A DNA stretch of 64,000 bases from Neocallimastix sp. 'constans' (lineage: Eukaryota). Positions 58,302 to 64,000 of this stretch are shown here, piece by piece; the first letter of the stretch is position 1; the number at the start of each line of letters is the position of its first letter. The stretch is from contig JBODTK010000151.1 in NCBI GenBank assembly GCA_050613775.1, positions 310,001-374,000 of the forward strand, given 5' to 3'. The notes beneath the pieces were generated by a model. It did no database searches. It was not told the DNA's origin and saw only the letters and a program-made list of their open reading frames with translations. The position numbers and the translations under genes were made by a program.

Positions 58302-58682
58302 TTATTCATAATAGATAGTATCATCTTCAAGAATTAAAGGAATTTTGATGGATTGTGCTTCACTACTAAAGATGCTGACATTATTATCATTACCACAACC
58401 GAGAAGTAATTGATGAGGATGGAAGTTTAAACAATTGACTGTATTGTTACGATAACCACCTAAGAAACCTTCATGGGCTCTTATACTACCTAAAACTTCA
58501 TCATTGGTATTAAATATTTTTATGGATTGACCATTGATACCACTAAATTATATATATATATATTATTTTTTTTTTTTTTTGTTTTTTTGAAATAAATGAA
58601 TATTTTATATCATATTATATTGAATTTATTTATTATTATTATTATTATTATAAAATGAAAGAAATATATATATATATATATA

Positions 58683-58722
<40 letters not shown>

Positions 58723-60128
58723 TTATTTTTATTTTTACCAAGAAATTAATGGAGCATGTTCATGAACGGTTAATGAAGTTAATTCTCCACTTGGATAAAT
58801 TTCTAATGATTTCTTTGATTTAGGTTCACGTAAATCCCAGAATTTAATATCTCCTCCAGAACTATTTCATTATATAAATAAATAAATTAATATATAAATA
58901 AATCATTTTATCATTTTATATTTAAATATATCTTTTTTTTTTTTTTTTTTTTTTTTTTCTCATATATATATATATATTGATATGAAATAAAATTAATATT
59001 TTATCCTTATATATAAATATATATTATTTTATTTTTTTTTTATTTATTATTTTGTATTTCTTTTTTGAATTTTACCTTCCAGTAATTAAATCTTGAGTAC
59101 CACCGCGACCAAGAAAGGCATTGACGATACTAGCAGAATGCTCTGTAAATGTTGCTAACATACTTTAATTTTTTTTTTTTTTTTAATATCGAAATTACAT
59201 TTTTTTTTTTAAAATAAAAAAAATAATTAGATGATGATGATATTTATTAAAAAATAATATATAATTATTTATTTATTTTTACTTTATCTTTACCTTTCTC
59301 TAGATGGACTTCTACGATCATATAATTTTAGCATACCATCACCAAAACCAGCAATAATTAAATTACCGGTAACATTATCACTGGTAAGACAGGTAACACA
59401 ACTATTTGATTTTGTTGGAATTTCCTAAATAGAAATAATAATCATAAATATATTTAAAATATTTATTTATGATGAATATTTATATTATTATCAATAATTA
59501 TATTTTTATATATTCATTATTTATTTATTTATTTATTTATTTATTATATAAAATTATATATATATTTTTATTTATTTATTATATAAAATTATATATATTT
59601 TTTATTTATTTATTATATAAAATTATATATATTTTTTATTTTTATTTTCTTTTTTATTAATAAATTATTTATTATTTATTCATTTATGATTATATATATA
59701 TAAAACTTACTTGCATACAAAGTTCATGTTGAGCATCCCATATACGAATGACTCTAACATCGCCTGAGCATAATAAAGAACCAGTAAATTGTTGCCAATC
59801 TAAAATTAAACGACTGATTTTATTTGTGGGCATAACATCAGATAATGCTCTCCAACCACTTACAATTTCTAAATTACTTGGTTCATCAATATGTCTAAAT
59901 AATCTTACAACACCATCATTAGATCCTGCCATAATTAAGGGAATATCTTCTTCATTGATAAATTTTAATGAGGTGATTTTACTACCAATTGGATTAAGAT
60001 TAGAAAAGGTATTTATTCTTTCATTCTTCTCATAGTTCCATAAACTATTTATATGAAATTATAATATGAACATTTATAAAATGTTTATTTACAAATGTTT
60101 ACATAAAAAAAAATGTTTTTTTTTAAAA

Positions 60129-60160
<32 letters not shown>

Positions 60161-60432
60161 GCATGTATATATATATAATAGTAAAATAATGATGCAAATA
60201 GTAATATTAATGTAATATTAATAAATATAATATTTTTAATCAAAATGAATAGAAAAAAAAAAATTTTTTTTTAAAAAATTATTAATATATAATAATAAAA
60301 TGTTGTTTACCTTATAATATCTTTATCATTAGCAACAGAAACCCATGGTTCAAATTCATGAAAAGTTAATAGATTAATTGGTCCAATATCACTTGAGAAG
60401 GAGGTTAATTTTTCATCGAAATGATGTTCAGC

Positions 60433-60464
<32 letters not shown>

Positions 60465-60736
60465 ATTACAATAAATTAATGAATGAAAATGTTGTTTAAA
60501 TAAATATATGTATATATATAATAAAAAAATTAACAATTTATATAAATATTTATTCCTATTACTTACTTGCTAATACATATCTTGGATGGGTATCATTAAT
60601 AACTTTATTGAGACGTTCACGTTTATATTGTCTTTCATTATATCTAATACTTCCTGGATCTTCCGGTTCTGGTACCTAACATTATTTATAATGATATTTA
60701 TTAATTATTTTTATAATAAATAAATATTTAAAATAA

Positions 60737-60768
<32 letters not shown>

Positions 60769-63700
60769 TAAATAAATGATTTAATAAATAAAATAAATAA
60801 ATAAAATAAATAAATGATTTAATAAATAAAATAAATAAATAAAAATAAATAAATGATTTAATAAATAAAATAAATAAATAAAATAAATAAATAAAATAAA
60901 TAAAACAAATATATAACATATTAAGTAAATAAAGATTAAATAAATAATATATTAAATATTTTATATAAAAAATAGGGTTAAATCATTTTTTTTTTTTTTT
61001 TTTTTTTTTTTTATTTTCTTTTCCTTTTAATTACCTTGGTTTGAGATTCGGTAAAGTATTCACAACTCCAATAGAAAAATACAGATTTTAATGGTATCAG
61101 AGACTCGGTTTTATTATTAAGATCAATATCATTCCTAATTATATTGGTTTTGGTCATGGACTCATGTGGATGATTCATACGATCATTTCTATTATCAGTT
61201 TTAGGAAGTGAATTTTTCATGGAGGTCATATTAAAGCTGGCATCAAGAACAGAACTTGATGTCTTTTTATTTAAATTTAAATTTAAAATTTTTTGTGAAT
61301 CAGAAGATTTTGATGTGAGAGAAGAAAGGGAAGTTAGGTGAGATAAGGAAGCCGATGAGGATGCACGATTTTTAAAAGAGGAAGAAAGAATAGTGGAGGA
61401 TCTATTTCTATTTTGTGAGGAAGAAGTAGGGTTAACGACTTCTATAGGAGTCATGGAAACAGGATTAGTTAAATTTTTGAGAATATCAACAATGGAACGG
61501 GAACGACGAAGGGAATTCACAATATTACCACTAGATTGAGCAAAAGTAGTAGTGGTGGTAGTGGTAACGGTAGATGAAGATTGTGAGGTGGATTGAGAAT
61601 TTTGATCACCAGTCGATAGATCATTAACACCGGATATTATATTTACGGTAGCATTTGTTTGAAGGTATTGATTAGACATATTTTCTGAGAAAGAATTATT
61701 TAAGAGTTGCATATTTACATCATCCACAACACAACTAGCTAATTGGGCAACTTCTGGATATGGATCAACAGATAAATTTAAGAGAACTTTCCAAACACAA
61801 CTATAGATGGTATTATGACTAGTACTAGAACGAGAAGTACTACCATTACTATTACCATTAGGATTACCATTAGGATTAGTAGAAGAGGATAGATTCTCAG
61901 TATCTTTACCTTTAACATAATTTTTAGCATTATAGTGGTGAATATCGATTGAATGAGCAGAAATCCTTCTTCTTTCTTCTTCCATTAATTCACTGGCAGC
62001 ATAAACAAATTTACTATGATAATTATGGACAATAGCAGATAGAGCAATTACTAATTCTCTACGAACTAAAGGAGAAGCATCTGCTGTAGCGACTAATATT
62101 GAAATGGCTAAATTATGTTCAATATTAATAACTTGTTCAGTTTTTTCTATACCACCGATAAAAGTACCAAGAGCATACATAGCAGCAGCACGAACTTCTG
62201 GAACAATATCAGTTAAGATATCGTATAGCCTTTCATGAATATTATCTCGAATACTGATCATCTTAGCTTCCGGGTAGTTTTCCCAAACTTTACCGATACA
62301 AATACAAGCCCATTGCTTGAGAAGAGGATCTTGATCGTTGAGATGAAGAACACAAATGGTTAAGAGGTTAGATCTTAAACAGACTTGTTGACCTTCACGA
62401 AAATTATGACAAAAAACTGAAAGAATAAAGCAACACATAGCATGATGTTCTGAAATATTTTGAATATGAGGATTATTATTATTATTGGAAAGAATGTTAA
62501 TGAAATAAGAATAACCGGAATCCTTTAAAAGATCATTTTGACAACCTTGATCAACCGCTAAAATTTTAGCCCAGATAAAGACTAAAACTGGCTTTAATTC
62601 AGCAGCGGGACTTTGAAGAAGTTTAAGAACGTAAGGAAAAATACCAACAGAAAGCGCTAAATTGACAGCCCAAGGTCCTAAATCAAGGAAACGACTAAGG
62701 AGCATTAAAGCACGTAATCGATGAACTTGACTAAGTAAGACCTGTAGTACAATGGGTAATTGCTCTGGTGGTTTTTTAGAGATAGCACCCTTAGCAAGCC
62801 AAACCTCAAAGGCGGTTAATTGTTCTGTAAAGAAGGTACTATGTTTATACTCGTTAATAATATTTTCACCGGCTTCTTGTTTTTTAATAAGGTTTGGAAG
62901 TTGAGAGAGACACATATCTGCAGCTAAATCCCATGCTTTCCATAAAGAATGATTATGGGTTGATGGAAGAATGGGGTAAGTCATAGGATGACAATTAAAG
63001 GATCTCATAATACGTTCTGCTAAAAGATAGTTACGGAATAAAGCTGCAACCATTAAATCTTGACGGAAAAGACGTTTGAAAAGATCATTTGGAAAAACAT
63101 TCCAAGCAATGGTATCAGTAATAGCAGTGAAAATCCAATTGAGTTCACCTAATGGGGTACGTCTATCATTTAAACGACCTGGTATTTTATTAATCATTTC
63201 TGGGGTAATATGAGTAAGCAAAGGGTTTTGCATGAGAAACCATCTTAAAGCTATTTGAATTGGAGTAGTTAAACAACATGAAAATATATCTGCTGGAAGA
63301 TCTGGATTCATAGGTAAAACTTCATTACTACCACAAGCAGCTAATTGTATACAATTTTTAAAGGCCATAGATTTTGGGATAGTTTTCATACCTGTTTGTG
63401 GATCTATGGTTGGAAGTTGACGTCTAGCTTCACTATCACGTTCTTTAGCAAAACGATTGAATGCATTTACAATATTACCAGCATTAGAACAATCATATAC
63501 AAATATAGATGGTGAACCAAGCCATGTTTGAATATCATGAATGGATACCGGAATATATTGCGTATAATTTTTATTGAATACCCAAATTTCACCACCTGGG
63601 GTTGGTTTTGGTACCCCATGACCGTTATAATGGAAGAGAACTCTTTCTTCCTTTGCATTTCTTCTCAAGGAACAACATAATTTTTTTGTTTCCTCTGCTG

Positions 63701-64000
63701 AAGGATCGAGTGACAATTTATATCTAGCTCTTGGTTGCCAAACTTCATATTGTTGTTGTAAAGCTTTACCAATTGATTCTAATGCTTTTTGTTGAGGATA
63801 AGCAAAAGGATCAATCCAGCACTCTAATTTTGCACAAGGACTTGTTTTTACAATATCTGGAGGATCAATTCCAATATTTAAACATAATACTAATGCTACT
63901 GACACTGTTTTTAGTCTTTCACGCATTCTCCAGTCCTTTACCTGATTTTTCTTCGAATTACTATCTGATAAATTTCCATTATTCTCATGTCTTCTTTCAC
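58302..64000 (-). CDS. KOG1: Raptor/Kog1, TORC1 scaffold (RNC domain, HEAT/ARM repeats, WD40); 5' end lies beyond the window
   Basis: WRMRERLKTVSVALVLCLNIGIDPPD, ERVLFHYNGHGVP, LPIVLQVLLSQVHRLRAL, WD40 exons (GDVRVIRIWDA, GFGDGMLKLYDRR, LNFHPHQLLL); stop at 58302-58304. Confidence 0.96.
60745..60905. repeat. Intronic minisatellite (~40-bp unit, 3 copies) in Raptor
   Basis: 'aataaatgatttaataaataaaataaataaat' recurs at ~60771, ~60809 and ~60848. Confidence 0.75.

Overview
Extremely AT-rich, intron-rich eukaryotic DNA with long homopolymers and (TA)n/(AAT)n microsatellites. This composition, plus flagellar genes and fungal-type housekeeping genes, points to an anaerobic gut fungus (Neocallimastigomycota); that assignment is an inference. 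Ten spliced protein-coding genes can be reconstructed: TRAP1-type Hsp90 (+), a CFAP97D/Hemingway-like flagellar protein (-), Rab escort protein (+), a sphingomyelin-synthase-family enzyme (+), ARL2BP/BART (+), DCAF13/SOF1 (-), RBM25/SNU71 (-), a hypothetical protein with a SPIDR-like motif (+), Nem1/CTDNEP1 phosphatase (-) and Raptor/KOG1 (-, 5' end outside the window). The most unusual structures are two single-orientation, head-to-tail arrays of non-LTR retrotransposon (LINE) fragments (about 3.75-9.69 kb on +, about 33.07-35.36 kb on -). In the first, three poly(A)-tailed 3' ends sit inside an older LINE and are bracketed by one ~40-bp target-site duplication; a 73-bp fold-back palindrome marks another junction, and a 3' stem-loop is conserved among copies. 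Also seen: inverted repeats flanking the REP gene, a decayed exon+intron copy of ARL2BP, and many splice acceptors preceded by poly(A) rather than a pyrimidine tract. No rRNA, tRNA or CRISPR array was recognised.
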